Position numbers and translations under genes: made by a program. Shown piece by piece: positions 51,484-64,000 of a DNA stretch of 64,000 nt (its first letter is position 1; each line of letters opens with the position of its first letter). The notes below the pieces were generated by a model. That model was not told the origin of the DNA. It did no database searches and was given only the letters and a program-made list of their open reading frames with translations. Source of the DNA: Octopus sinensis (lineage: Eukaryota); assembly GCF_006345805.1 (NCBI RefSeq), contig NC_043013.1, positions 45,818,001 to 45,882,000 of the forward strand, written 5' to 3'.

Positions 51484-51498
51484 ATAGTAGTAGTAGTA
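51175..51498. repeat. (GTA/GTG)n tract
   Basis: Direct inspection. Confidence 0.95.
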
Positions 51499-51562
51499 CC
51501 ACTAAACTCAAACACGATATTTTGATTATAACCGGGCTGAAAGAGCTTATGTGTATGTGTGT

Positions 51563-51607
<45 letters not shown>

Positions 51608-51697
51608 TGTGTGTACTTATGTGCGTGTGTGCATATGCGTGTGCAAGTGCGTGAGTACGCTTGTGTGTGTATATGCGAGTATATGTATGCATGTGAT

Positions 51698-51747
<50 letters not shown>

Positions 51748-52126
51748 CTTACCTACTTATAGATTATATACATACATACATGTATACACACACACACATG
51801 TATATACACATACACGCATGTATGTGAGTGTGTATATAATCAGATATATACATACGCACATGTTCACAGAAAAACACATACTTATACACACACTGATACA
51901 CACACATATGCGCATTTAATATCTGTGATAGATATCAATGTTTTGTTGATATAGCGGAAATATTTCTTGGCGAAAGTGTTCATTTAGCCTTTTGTAAACT
52001 TTCTCTGTGATAAAGTATAAATACATGAAAATATCTAAAGCTGAATGATCGGATGATACGCAGAAAATAATTTAGAGTATATACATTAAAATAAATTTAT
52101 ATTTTCTGTATGTCCTTTTCGTGGGT

Positions 52127-52290
52127 ACGAGGAGCGTTCAAAAACCTATCCGTCTTTATTTTTCCCACCAAAAACTAATTCTGCAGGGCAAAATCCTTTG
52201 GGCGGGAGGTGACGTCACCCTTCCTCTGCAATTTTCGTGCCGGTAGGCCGCGTCAGTTTTCTGCTCAAGACCTTCAAATTTTGAGGCAAA
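52127..52290. mobile_element. Mariner-like terminal fragment
   Basis: TACGAGGAGCGTTCAAAAA resembles the TIR at 57248. No partner end was found. Confidence 0.4.
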
Positions 52291-52399
52291 TGAACCCTGC
52301 TATTCGAATAACTTATGCCTCATGACTTCCTGTCCCTTCTCTAGTAACCACATGTTTTTGCGCACAGGCCCCAGGGATGTAATTTTTTTTAGATGTATA

Positions 52400-52614
52400 C
52401 TCTTTTACTCTTTTAGTCTTTTACTTGTTTCAGTCATTTGACTGTGGCCATGCTGGAGCACCGCCTTTGGTCGAGAAAATCGACACCAGGACTTATTCTT
52501 TGTAGGCCTAGTACTTATTCTATCGGTCTCTTTTACCGAACCGCTAAGTTACGGGGACGTAAATACACCAGCATCGGTTGTCAAACGATGTTGGGGAGAC
52601 AGACACACACACAA

Positions 52615-52653
<39 letters not shown>

Positions 52654-52841
52654 TACACATATATATATATACACATATATACGACGGGCTTCTTCCAGTT
52701 TCGTTTCCGTCAACCAAATCCACTCACAAGGCTTTGGTCGGCCCGAGGCTATAGTAGAAGACACTTGCCCAAGGTGCCACGCAGTGGGACTGAACCCGGA
52801 ACAATGTGGTTCGTAAGCAAGCTACTTACCACACAGCCACT
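52400..52841 (-). mobile_element. SINE A
   Basis: Reverse complement of the family A consensus, with a slightly truncated head. Confidence 0.9.
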
Positions 52842-53314
52842 ATGATCATTATGTATGATCATAATTACGGTTATGATTAACCTTAAAGTCCTACCATCAC
52901 AGTCGTTCATATTTTTTCTCCAGATTTTTTCTGCATGTCTGATTTTTAGCCGTGTTTTTCGGTCTTTTTCGCTCACTTCCGCAAACTTTTTTCTATCTCT
53001 CCTTCCTTTATTTTTTACAATCTTATTCCTTTTCCTTTTTAAATTCTAGGCACTTTTTGTTATCTCTACAGTACCCTACCATTCTCTACAACCTTGTTTC
53101 TCATTGTCCCTTACTTGTCCTCTCTTCTTTTCATACTCACTCTTGGCAATTTCATTTTTTAAATTTTACACTTTTGATGTTTCCTTTCTTTCACGCGCTG
53201 TTCCTTTTTTTTCTCTCCCCCTTTTTTTTCTCTATCTTGCAATGCATCTTTTTACCTTCATTTTTCTCATGCTAATGATTGTTTACAGAAAAGAGAGTAT
53301 TGTAGTGATCATTT

Positions 53315-53550
53315 TTATTAAATTTTTACTACCCACAAGGGGCTAAACACAGAGGGGACAAACAAGGACAGACAAAGGGATTAAGTCGATTACATCGACC
53401 CCAGTACGTAACTGGTACATAATTTATCGACCCCGAAAGGATGAAAGGCAAAGTTGACCTCGGCGGAATTTGAACTCAGAACGTAACGCCAGACGAAATA
53501 CGGTTATGCATTTCGCCCGGCGTGCTAACGTTTCTGCCAGCTCGTCGCCT
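53315..53550 (-). mobile_element. SINE B monomer with a 17-bp TSD
   Basis: TSD TATTGTAGTGATCATTT at 53298-53314 and 53551-53567. Confidence 0.93.
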
Positions 53551-53850
53551 TATTGTAGTGATCATTTGTAAGATTAAACACTGCATAGTACAAATATGTT
53601 CCTTTCCAGAAGCACCCGACTACTTTTAGTAAACAAAGGGAAAATAACTTCGCCCCATTTTTGCAATGAATCTGACTCGTTACATCATGCAATTTCCTAC
53701 ATGACAACCAATCCAACATGTTCCATCCATATACATGTATCCTTCCTATTCCTGCATTGTGCTGCTAGGAGTCCTCTCACCCTAGTTGTTGCATATGTGC
53801 TATGAGGCTTCTTCGCAAAGAATACGTTAGTCGATGATATATCATCAAGC

Positions 53851-54251
53851 TAAGGCGGCGAGCTGGCAGAATCGTTAGCATGCCGGGCGAAATGCATAGC
53901 CGTATTTCGTCTGCCGTTACGTTCTGAGTTCAAATTCCGCCGAGGCCGACTTTGCCTTTCATCCTTTCGGGATTGATAAATTAAATACCAGTTACACAAT
54001 GGGTCGATATAATCGACTTAATCCGTTTGTCTATCCTTGTTTGTCCCCTTGTGGGTAGTAAAGAAATGGGTATTTCTTCAGTCGCTACGTTCTGAGTTCA
54101 AATTCCGCCGAGGTCGACTTTGCCTTTCATCCTTTCGGGGTCAATTAAATAAGTACCAGTTACGCACTGGGGTCGATGTAATCGACTTAATCCGTGTGTC
54201 TGTCCTTGTTTGTGCCCTTGTGTTTGGCCCCTTGTGGGTAGTATAGAAATA
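53851..54251 (+). mobile_element. SINE B dimer with a single TSD
   Basis: TSD GATATATC(A/G)TCAAGC at 53836-53850 and 54252-54266. Confidence 0.92.
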
Positions 54252-55624
54252 GATATATCGTCAAGCCTGAATCACGGGGCACTAAGCAGTTTTTAAATGG
54301 AATCCTTTCAAGAAATAAGTCAATATGATTTTGCTGAATATTTCTCAATAAATTTAATAAAGTACTTTACCTTTACTGTAGATTTTAAGTGACTTCTTCG
54401 CAGAGTTCTGTGACTGATATTGTCATTAACCAAGAATAGTATGTTCTATATAAACGATTACCGTTTCCCTCTGTGAAATATTGTTGTCTGCTTAGAATTT
54501 GTAAGGCGGGAATAGTTTTGTTGTTTGTGGATAGTCTCGACGTAAACGTTAGGGAGAATTTGGTATACGTTAAGCCATACGCGTCCACGGATTAAACTGG
54601 TGCATCAAGATAAATCGAAAAACACTATGACACATTGTGCAGATGGATGTCATCAATAATGTACTACCGTTATCGACCACTCACGAAAATCTATAGCAAA
54701 TGTTGTCAATAGTTTTGATATCGAGGTATACTAGAGATAAAAACAAAAGTGATACATTTCTTATTGAAAGAAAATAAAATTATTGGCATACTTTCACATG
54801 GTAAGTTGAAATGAAAAGGAAAAATATATATATTAAATTTATTGCTTACTTGATTTTATTAACCATTCTTGTGTACAACTAAATTGTGAATAGCATGTTT
54901 TGCAAGATGAACAAGCATAGGTATGAACTATCTAAAACCTTAGATAATAATTTTAAAAATCTGCCATGCACCTAGATAATTCTTGCGGCACCTCGGATCA
55001 ACAATACCTCGGAACAGTAAACACCTAAACCATCTCGGAATCTCTATATCTTGGGTTCGATATAGACAAACACTTCAATATATCACATTCGTATTGCAAC
55101 AATTGTGAAGTCAACTATCTCACTATGAACTAACAAGAGAACCTCTGTATGGTTCCTCAACATGCTAGAAATAACAACCAAATTCTCCTTCAAATCCCCT
55201 GCGTATATGTGAGAAAGAGAAGAGAAAGAGACGAGAGCGAGAGAGTGGGATGGAGAGCAAAGACAAGATGACTAAAAGAGATACGGACAAAAAGACTGTT
55301 TTTTTTTGTGGTGGTTGGTGCAGTTACTCTTATTGTTATCGTCACTTCCGTCGTCGACATTATTGTGATTGTTGCTATAGTTACGTCGACGCTTTTTTTT
55401 AAATTTTAAATGTTACCGTTCTTAAAATGGTAGCGTTAAAATACTGTTATTTTTGATTTTATTACTGTGTGAGACCGTTGATCTTTTGTTGTGGCATAAC
55501 ACTGGATTTCTCGTTGTTGCTGCTGCTGTTGTTGTTGTTGATTTTGTTGCTCTATTGTTTAAGCTACGTGTATCATTAACGTGGCGGTGAGATGGTTGGT
55601 TGTATGGATAAGCAATTGGGTTGA

Positions 55625-56179
55625 TATTGGGTTGTCCGGAAAGTTCGTGCCGATTTTTAAAGGAAAGAAAAAGGTCAAGGATCTTTTCGGTTTGAACGGC
55701 AGTTTTTTAACATAATTTCCACGTAACTAAACACTTTTAAACTTCGTATACTGGTAGAATGTGTTTATAAAACATCTTTTTCTCTTGGCTTTATTGAGAA
55801 AATTCTATGGTTTGTAAGATATTTGATGTTTTTTTTCTTCAATTTCTGCAATTTCAACCAATCAATGACGTCTATTGAGGTGAAATCATTCTGTGCCGTA
55901 TGAATATGTCCCTCGTTTAAGAAACAGATTGGGTTTATTTACATTTGTGAAGAAAAAAAGATACCCTTCCCTGAATGAACGTTCTTATCTTCCATTTTAA
56001 AGGGTTACAGAATTAATACAGGTTATAGGAACATAAACCTTCTTCCAAAAAAAGATAGCTTAAACTGTGCTCTAAATGGAGGTGTAGTAAAATCCTATTT
56101 TATAGACTCAACCATGTTGTAAAATAAGTCGAAAGGTAAGCTACTATAAATCAGCACTAACTTTCCGGACAACTCAATA
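55625..56179. mobile_element. Mariner-type MITE containing a fragment of a GGATCTTTT-ended element from ~55679
   Basis: TA-TTGGGTTGTCCGGAAAGTTCGTGCCGATT ... AATCAGCACTAACTTTCCGGACAACTCAA-TA. Confidence 0.8.
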
Positions 56180-56510
56180 GTTCTCAGTCCACAAAGTCAA
56201 TTCTATTTTCTGTTCTCTTCCGGTAGAACCCATAAACTGCCGTTGCCACAGTTTAACTTGTAGATGAGAATAGTTACATATCACATAGGAATGCTAACTA
56301 AAATAAACCGGCATCTTGTCCATGTGCGGTTATAGCCCTCATCAGATGAATGTCATAAACCTGAGCTAAGAAGCAGCTGAAAAAGAGCCTCACAGATCTC
56401 ATTATCACCATTAATAATTAAAAAATACTGTTAAACGAAGACGATAATGAGAGTAGTATCAGAATGGTGGTGGGGAGAGTACTGCTGAAATTTTGTTGCT
56501 GTAGCTGTTT

Positions 56511-56875
56511 GTTGAGCGAAGCGGTCTTCGTCCTAGTGTAGTGCAAGAAGTCCGAAACGTGGTCCTTTGCTATTCGAAAGACCTGCAGAAGAGAAAGCAG
56601 GTCAACTCCCGACACCGAGAGCATCGACGGATGGATAAATGCGCATCCAGGCTCAGCGGTTGCGTAGGAAGTCGGGGACAAGAAACAGGAAGAAAGAGTG
56701 AGAGAAAGTTGGAGCGAAAGAGTACAACAGGGGTCGCCACCACCCCTGCCGGAGCCTCGTGGAACTTTAGGTGTTTTCGCTCAATAAACACACACAACGC
56801 CCGGTTTGGGAATCGAAACCGAGGTCCTCCGACCGCGAGTACGCTGCCCTAACCATTGGGCCATTGCGCCTCCAC
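56511..56875 (-). mobile_element. SINE C, tail type 2
   Basis: Family C head and body. TSD TTGCTGTAGCTGTTT at 56496-56510 and 56876-56890. Confidence 0.9.
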
Positions 56876-57249
56876 TTGCTGTAGCTGTTTAACTCTATTC
56901 ATGTATCTCTCAACTGGTTGACTTCTTTCTTACAGATTATGGTTCCATCTCCCTCCGCTCTCACGCATCCTTCATCTCGTGGTTGCTTGTAGAAAGGGCA
57001 GTGAGTTTCTTGACGATACTGCGTCAGTTTCTTTCGCTCAGCCTTTTTTCGTTCAGACGATTGTATCTTCTGTTAGTGGTCACACATTGAACCTCTGCTT
57101 CATGTCATCACAGATGATAAACGAAGTGGAACTGAATGGCTGAAAATGTATTAAAGACAGTATTGGTTTAGGTGGTTTAACCTCAAGCCAGCCCAGGTTA
57201 AACAAACTTATGGTCAAAAGTATTCCAACCGTGATCATCACGACATATA

Positions 57250-58527
57250 CGAGGGGCGTTCAATAAGTAATGTCTCTGGCCCACTTCCCATAGCAGTAGA
57301 GCAACGAAACTTGGCACAGTTATTAGTCTTTTTCTACATAGAAACCACCCAGAGTTACGCATTTCTACCATCGTTTGATGCAGCTCTGGAGACCGTTTTT
57401 GTGGAAGACCCCAGCTTGGTCCTCCAACCACGACGTGACGTCAGAAATCAACGCTTTCCTTTCAAAAACAACTTCATGGCTGGGAAGAGGTGAAAATCCG
57501 AGGGTGCAAGGTCAAGAGAATAGGGGCATGGGGGAGGAGTTCATAGCCGCACGCCTGTGCTTCTGATCTGGCGACCATCGAGTTGTGGACCGGAGCGTTG
57601 TCCTGCAGGAGGAGGATGCCTTTGCTGATCTTGCCCCGCCTCTTGATTTTGATAGCTTCTCTTAATTTCATCAAAAGTGAAGCATAATAGGCTCCTGTAA
57701 TTGTGGTACCCTTTGCCAGGAAATCTGTCATCACTACTCCGTCCTGGTCCCAGAAGACTATGAGCATGACCTTGCTAGTGGAGGGCTGCACCCTTGCCTT
57801 CTTTGGAGGAGGTGAGTCGCGGTGCTTCCACTGCATTGACTGGGCTTTTGTCTCTGGATCATAGTGATGGACCCAGGTTTCATCCTGTGTAATCAGTCTT
57901 TTGAAAAATGTTGACTCATCTTCTTGGCACATCTCCAAATTCATCCTCGAGCACTCGACGCATTCTTGCTTCCGGAAAGGTGTGAGCAACCTGGGAATCC
58001 ATCTGGTAGACACCTTTTGCATATGCAAATGGTCATGAATGATTGGTTTCCACAGACCCGGTACTAATCTTGACCTCATGGGCTATTTGCCGAATAGTTA
58101 TGCGTCGATCTTCCAAAATGGCAGCCTCAACTTGATGGACAGATGCCTCATCAATAGCAGTAGGGGGCGACCAGATCTGGGAGCTGTTTCCACAGAGTTC
58201 CGACCATGTTTGAATTCACAATGCCAGCGTTTTACAAGGTCATGTGATGGGGCATCATCACCATAAGTTACTTTCATTTCATCAAAAGTCTCTCGTGGTG
58301 TGCGTCCTTTCAAATATAAAAAGCGGATCACTGCCCGACACTCAACGGGCTCCATTTCACACTTGATCAGTTCAAACACCTGTAAATCAGAAATTTACCA
58401 CTTAAATTTAATTAAACTGTAATTTACCACTTAATCTATACAGATATAAATAATTGCACATGCAAAATTTCAGCTAGATCAAACAACTGCAAGTGGGTCA
58501 GAGGCATTACTTATTGAACGCCCCTCG
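57250..58527 (-). mobile_element. Full-length mariner (DD34D) transposon with TA TSD
   Basis: TA-CGAGGGGCGTTCAATAAGTAATG ... CATTACTTATTGAACGCCCCTCG-TA, 1278 bp, with a transposase inside. Confidence 0.95.
57323..58355 (-). pseudogene. Mariner transposase with frameshifts and a premature stop
   Basis: HTH region (RAVIRFLYLKG...PRSGRP), RWIPRLL, ITQDETWVHHYDPETK, LLQDNAPVH, and after a frameshift YSLDLAPSDFHLFP...RW*KCVTLGGFYVEKD*. Confidence 0.93.
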
Positions 58528-58646
58528 TATTTAGACAGTGTAATTTAAACTACACTATACTACCAGTGGGTTCCTTCTTTTTGTATTTAGAAATAAACAA
58601 CAACAAATAACGATGTGTAATCTGAGGGAGTATTTGGTTTCTATTT

Positions 58647-58881
58647 CTTATTTCTTTATTGCCCACAAGGCGCTAAACATAGAGGGGACAAACAAGGACA
58701 GACAAAGGGATTAAGTCGATTACATCGACCCCAGTGCGTAACTGGTACTTAATTTATCGACCCCGAAAGGATGAAAGGCAAAGTCGACCTCGGCGAAATT
58801 TGAACTGAGAACGTAACAGAAGACGAAATACGGCTACGCATTTCGCCCGGTTTGCAGATGTTTCTGCTAGCGCGCCGCCTT
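58647..58881 (-). mobile_element. SINE B monomer in the right arm of the foldback unit
   Basis: Reverse complement of the family B consensus with a type-2 tail. Confidence 0.9.
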
Positions 58882-59731
58882 CTAACCGTTACTATTTGTT
58901 TGCTATTTCTAATGTGTTGAGGGACCATATAGAGCCTCTCTTGTTAGTTCATACTGAGATAGCTGACTTCACGGTTGTTGTGAGACGAATGTAATATTGT
59001 AGTGTTTGTCTATATCGAACCCAAGATATAGAGATTCCGAGATGGTTTAGGTGTTTACTGTACCGACGTGTTGTTGATCCACAGAGATCAGTATATCTCA
59101 AACGAAGTGCGGCAACGATTATCTAGGTGCATGGCAGATTTTTAAAAGTATTATCTCAGGTTTTAGATAGTTCATACCTATGCTTGTTCATCTTGCAAAA
59201 CATGCTATTCACAATTTAGTTGTACACAAGAATGGTTAATAAAATCAAGTAAGCAATAAATTTAATATATATTTTTCCTTTTCATTTCAACTTACCATGT
59301 GAAAGTATGCCAATGATTTTATTTTCTTTCAATAAGAATTGTATCACTTTTGTTTTTATCTCTAGTATACCTCGATATCAAAACTATTGACAACATTTGT
59401 TATAGATGTTCGTGTGTGGTCGATAACGGTAGTACATTATTGATGACATCCATCTGCACAATGTGTCATAGTGTTTTTCGATTTATCTTGATGCACCTGA
59501 TTAAACACACACACACACACATACACACACACACGCGCGCGCGCGCACACACACACACACACACACGACAAGGGAACAAGAAATGATGTGTTCCCTTGTC
59601 ATTTATATAATCTCTTATTACACTCTGTACCTGACTAATGCATTTCTCTCCATATATATATATAGGGTAGTGGTACAACAAAGTACCAATATTTACTGGA
59701 AATAGCAGTCGATAATATATATATATATATA

Positions 59732-60010
59732 TTAGGGTGATGCATAATAACTTATCATTTCAAAAACTTGAAGATAGCCTCTAATTTTATTTAATTTAGT
59801 GCAAAAACTCAACATGCAAAATTTCAGCACAATTGAAGACATTTTAGAGGTTGCTGCCATCCACCAAACATTTTGTATATTGTTATTTTTCAATTTGTAT
59901 TTACTGTACATTTTTTGTCTTCTTCCTTTCTTAGGAATATAAATAAGATAGGAAGGTGTCTCCATGAAAATTGAAGAAAACTTTTTGACCCCGTTTTTGC
60001 ATGACCCTAA
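59732..60010. mobile_element. Possible MITE with short TIRs
   Basis: TTAGGGTGATGCA ... TGCATGACCCTAA (13 bp, 1 mismatch), next to (TA)n. Confidence 0.45.
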
Positions 60011-60032
60011 CACACATATATATATATATATA

Positions 60033-60346
60033 TCTTTTACATGTTTCGGTCATTTGACTGTGGCCATGCTGGAGCACCGCCTTTAGTCGAGCAAGTCGAG
60101 CCCAGGACTTATTCTTTGTAAGCCTAGTACTTATTCTATCGGTCTCTTTTGCCGAACCGCTAAGTTACGGGGACGTAAACACACCAGCATCGCTTGTGAA
60201 GCGATGTTGAGGGGACATACACAGACACACAAACACACGCACATACATACATACATACATACATACATACATACATAATACATACATACATAATACATAC
60301 ATACATAACACACACAACACACACCACACACACACCACACACACAC

Positions 60347-60390
<44 letters not shown>

Positions 60391-60555
60391 TACGACAGAC
60401 TTCTTTCAGTTTCCGTCTACCAAATCCACTCACAAGGCTTTAGTTGGCCCGAGGCTATAGTAGAAGACACTAGCCCAAGGTACCACGCAGTGGGACTGAA
60501 CCCAGAACCATGTGGTTGGTAAGCAAACTACTTACCACGCAGCCACTCCTGCGCC
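60033..60555 (-). mobile_element. SINE A with an expanded internal microsatellite
   Basis: Reverse complement of the family A consensus, in (TA)n. Confidence 0.9.
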
Positions 60556-61023
60556 TATATATATATATGATGACTGCAAACTCCTGTTTGAGTATTGCCA
60601 TTACCTGATCTAAAGATCCAGACATCTGAAGGCTATGGTCTGTCATGTTCGCGATAGGTCTTACTTTTATCTCAAGCGATGCCGGTGTATCATGATTTTT
60701 TATAGTGGGGAAAGGATCTGCACAAACCCAATCCCACTGTGAATATGGACAACATAAACTCGAAAAGAAGAACTAGTTTACATCATCGAATATTGTCAGT
60801 GTCGCAGGTTTTCTCTCAGAGTTACCCTCTCCGAGAGAGATATTGTGACAACAACAGAGGGGCCTCCCACTCTTAGAGGGCCAACTGTGTACCTGAATAC
60901 CCAGATATTTCCACGTCCCCGCGCATGCATACACATATACTCATATTGTTGGATGACCGTTGACTGCTCATGAGCTCTTCCGCCCTTTGACATGTCTTAC
61001 CTTTCGTCTTATATGTCTTATAT

Positions 61024-61334
61024 CACCGTGATCACCGTGACCGACCAGGCTATCAGATGTTGCTACACATCGCTGGTCACAATGCGTTTCGCATTGTTTT
61101 AGCCTTCAAATGACGCCACCCCGCTGGCTGAGCGAGCAGGTCAACAGAAGAAAGAGTGAGAGAAAGTTGTGGCGAAAGGGTACAGCAGGCATCGCCACCG
61201 CCCCCTGCCGGAGCCGCGTGGAGCTTTAGGTGTTTTTGCTCAATAAACACTCACAACACCCGGTCTGGGAATCGAAATCGCGATCCTACAACCGCCAGTC
61301 CGCTGCCCTAACCACTTGGCCATTGCGCCTCCAC
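61024..61334 (-). mobile_element. SINE C, tail type 3
   Basis: Family C head and body. TSD ATATGTCTTATAT at 61011-61023 and 61335-61347. Confidence 0.9.
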
Positions 61335-62001
61335 ATATGTCTTATATAGGTTTTATTAATGTCAGGTCGTTCTTGGGCGCTACTGGAAATATGTAACCCA
61401 GTACAATCTGTTGCAACTCGCCCTGACAAATATAACACACACATACACACACTGCCCGGATAATTATAACATACACACATACACAGATACACACACATAC
61501 ATACCCACGTGCACGCGCACACCTGACCAGAAAACACACACACACACAGATACACGCAAATACACACCGTTCTTTACTTATGAATCATACATTTAAACCC
61601 CAAGACACCAGCCAAAACTGCTGAACCACAACAGCACCAACTCACCAAACAAGTCTTTCTTGGCTCCACAACAACTATTAAAACCTTTTGTGATCATGTG
61701 ACTGCCATCAACCGCCCACGCTATTTTTTAGAGAGACAGTAATTCTAAGCAACCTTTTGCAAAAGCAGAACCATCTTTTGATCACGTGACTGCCAACAAC
61801 CAATCACATTGTTTGTTTTTTTAAAGAGTAGGCCATCATGAACCACCATCTCTGTATAAAACAGTGGTAACTGTTAAATTCCATCCAGACGCGAAACCCT
61901 ACAACCAGATCCGAGAACAATAAATGGTCTGTTATTCCTCAAATCACGTTTTGTTTTTCAATTTTAGATACTGCAAACAATTATGGTTTCTGATCACAAC
62001 G

Positions 62002-62101
62002 NNNNNNNNNNNNNNNNNNNNNNNNNNNNNNNNNNNNNNNNNNNNNNNNNNNNNNNNNNNNNNNNNNNNNNNNNNNNNNNNNNNNNNNNNNNNNNNNNNN
62101 N
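62002..62101. other. Assembly gap (100 N)
   Basis: Run of exactly 100 Ns. Confidence 1.
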
Positions 62102-62319
62102 TTTTATTTTTTTTGTCTTGCTTTGCTTTTTTTTTGTTGTTGTTTTTTTTTTGGCATTTCTAATTTAATGATGTATGTTGTTTTACAATTGTTTTATTTT
62201 AAATAATGATACCGCCTCAGGTGCAATATGTACAGTCGCAAGAAAATGTATGGAAAAATAAGATGAGATAGTTTACCTTACTGGTAATCAGAGATGAATA
62301 AAAATAAAAAAAAAGCATA

Positions 62320-62500
62320 GGCGCAGGAGTGGCTGTGTGGTAAGTAGCTTGCTAACCAACCACATGGTTCCGGGTTCAGTCCCACTGCGTGGCATCTTGG
62401 GCGAGTGTCTTCTGCTATAGCCCCGGGCCGACCAATGCCTTGTGAGTGGATTTGGTAGACGGAAACTGAAAGGAGCCTGTCGTATATATGTATATATATG

Positions 62501-62533
<33 letters not shown>

Positions 62534-62745
62534 TTGTGTGTCTGTGTTTGTCCCCCTAGCATTGCTTGACAACCGATACTGGTGTGTTTATGTTCCCGTT
62601 ACCTAGCGGTTCGGCAAAAAGAGACCGATAGAATAAGTACTGGGCTTACAAAAGAATAAGTCCCGGGCTCGAGTTGCTCGACTAAAGGCGGTGCTCCAGC
62701 ATGGCCGCAGTCAAATGACTGAAAAAAGTAAAAGAGTAAAAGAGT
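62320..62745 (+). mobile_element. SINE A, full length
   Basis: Complete head, internal TA/TG tract and GTAAAAGA-repeat tail. Confidence 0.93.
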
Positions 62746-62899
62746 ATACGGAGGTAGAAGATTAGTTCGAATTGAAGTCTGATGTGATGGATTTCCTGAC
62801 GACTGCTAGACCTGATAACCATCAAGCCTTCCATCTTTAGGATGACTATGAGTCTGAGACGCAGGTCACTACATCCAACGATGTCGAAACCTATTTCTT

Positions 62900-63830
62900 A
62901 CTTGACTTAGCAAAGCATTTGTATGGCTAATTCTAATTTCAATAATACTGAAGCTTGGAAAGACAACCAAAAATGTATCAGCAGCTGCACTAAGATTCCA
63001 TTATATTGTTGCAATGATTTTCATTGTTCTATAAATCACTTTATATTTGAACAAGGCCTCGAGGACCCACGTTCATTTCAAGAAGAAACCTGGCCAAGAA
63101 CCTGCATATTCTAAAGTTCCTTGAAAATTATTTTGAATAGGTTTCAAGATGGACTCCATAGGTATGTAGGTCGTTATCTGAAGGATTTCCATCTGCTTCT
63201 TGTGCCAGTAGTAACACTTTCGTGAAATATGGAAAGTTCCTGTAACTTAAAAAAGATTTATATAAACTAATCTGTACTTGAAATGCTAAAATAAGAGTTC
63301 GAACTATTATTCTAACGTGTAATTCGTGTAAACGTTTCCGTACGCCATTGAACTGAGAAAAGAAATCTGCTAAACAAGATATATGATTGTTACACAATTA
63401 CCGAGTGAGTGATCCACACACCCAAAGAACCCCACTCGTTAATCAAAAGATTCATGTAACATTAATGACATATGCACTCATGTTAATCACCTTATTTCTG
63501 TATGCAAAAGAAACTGTTTGGAATTTTTTTTCATTGTATTACATAATAATATAAAAAGTTAGCGACTGAATGGGTTTGTATTTATCATGTTTATAGAACT
63601 GATATTTAAAGCTTTGTAGAGTTTTCCTCCGAGGTTTCTTCCACCAACCCACAAACCATGATGTTGTCTGTATAAAGAGAAAACAACAGCGTGCACTGCT
63701 TGCATTTGGAACTTGTTTTTCTTTTGGAATATCTCTAAAATAAAACCGCTACCTACCAATCGTGGTTGGTGTACGAATAAAAGCAACTGCAACTGACTCA
63801 TTTCGTTGAACACATAGCTGGACACACTGT
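62900..63830 (-). pseudogene. hAT (Charlie-like) transposase relic
   Basis: AVHAVVFSLYRQH...NLGGKLYKALN...INMINTNP (decayed CxxH region), ISCLADFFSQFNGV...ILAFQVQISLYKSFLSYRNFPYF, and a FLVVFPSF dimerisation-domain remnant. Confidence 0.65.
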
Positions 63831-63879
63831 TGCGGTTCTTAAGCTACCATTTTTTTCAATATATTTTACCATCGCAAGT

Positions 63880-64000
63880 TGGTGAGCTGGCAGAATCATT
63901 AGCATGCCGGGCAAAATGCTTAGCTACATTTAGTCCGTCTTTACGTTCTGAGTTCAAACTTCGCCGAGGTCGACTTTGCCTTTTATCTTTTCAGGTTCGA
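63880..64000 (+). mobile_element. SINE B, 5' part (runs off the window)
   Basis: GGTGAGCTGGCAGAATC...GAGTTCAAAC...GAGGTCGACTTTGCC. Confidence 0.85.

Larger units (their letters stand above)
54598..59498. mobile_element. 4.9-kb foldback-like unit with ~600-bp inverted arms and an 8-bp TSD
   Basis: 54598-~55200 is the reverse complement of ~58615-59498 (the right arm carries a SINE B insertion). GATTAAAC flanks both ends (54590-54597 and 59499-59506). Confidence 0.8.

Noticed and set aside
51014-51525. Mucin-like poly-T or poly-P/L ORFs
   Set aside because: They derive from a (GTA/GTG)n tract with no unique coding flanks or splice context.
61690-61800. Twice-repeated GATCA(T/C)GTGACTGCCA containing an E-box/CLEAR-like motif
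   Set aside because: No linked promoter or gene is visible. More likely an internal repeat of a decayed interspersed element.

Overview
AT-rich, repeat-saturated animal DNA, either intergenic or inside a large intron. The SINE families and microsatellite load suggest an octopus or other coleoid cephalopod genome; this is inferred from the repeat content, not tested. I found no intact host gene, and most ORF-track entries are microsatellite read-through. The window contains: (i) three tRNA-headed SINE families, called A, B and C here, many with target-site duplications (TSDs); (ii) relics of several non-LTR retrotransposon clades (L1/Tx1-like, R4/Dong-like and another RLE type, CRE-like, RTE); (iii) Penelope-like element (PLE) remnants, including a GIY-YIG endonuclease, an RT relic, inverted terminal repeats and several minimal hammerhead-ribozyme motifs; (iv) DNA transposons (a frameshifted full-length mariner, MITEs, a non-autonomous Helitron, a hAT transposase relic); (v) long simple repeats and a 100-N gap. 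The most notable structures are the hammerhead-bearing inverted PLE repeats, a 4.9-kb foldback-like unit with ~600-bp inverted arms and an 8-bp TSD, modular and multimeric SINEs (one with a tail matching a local Tx1/L1-like LINE), and retroelements associated with (CATA)n or (AAT)n tracts. All alignments, translations and folds were done by eye, so boundaries are approximate unless a TSD or TIR pins them.
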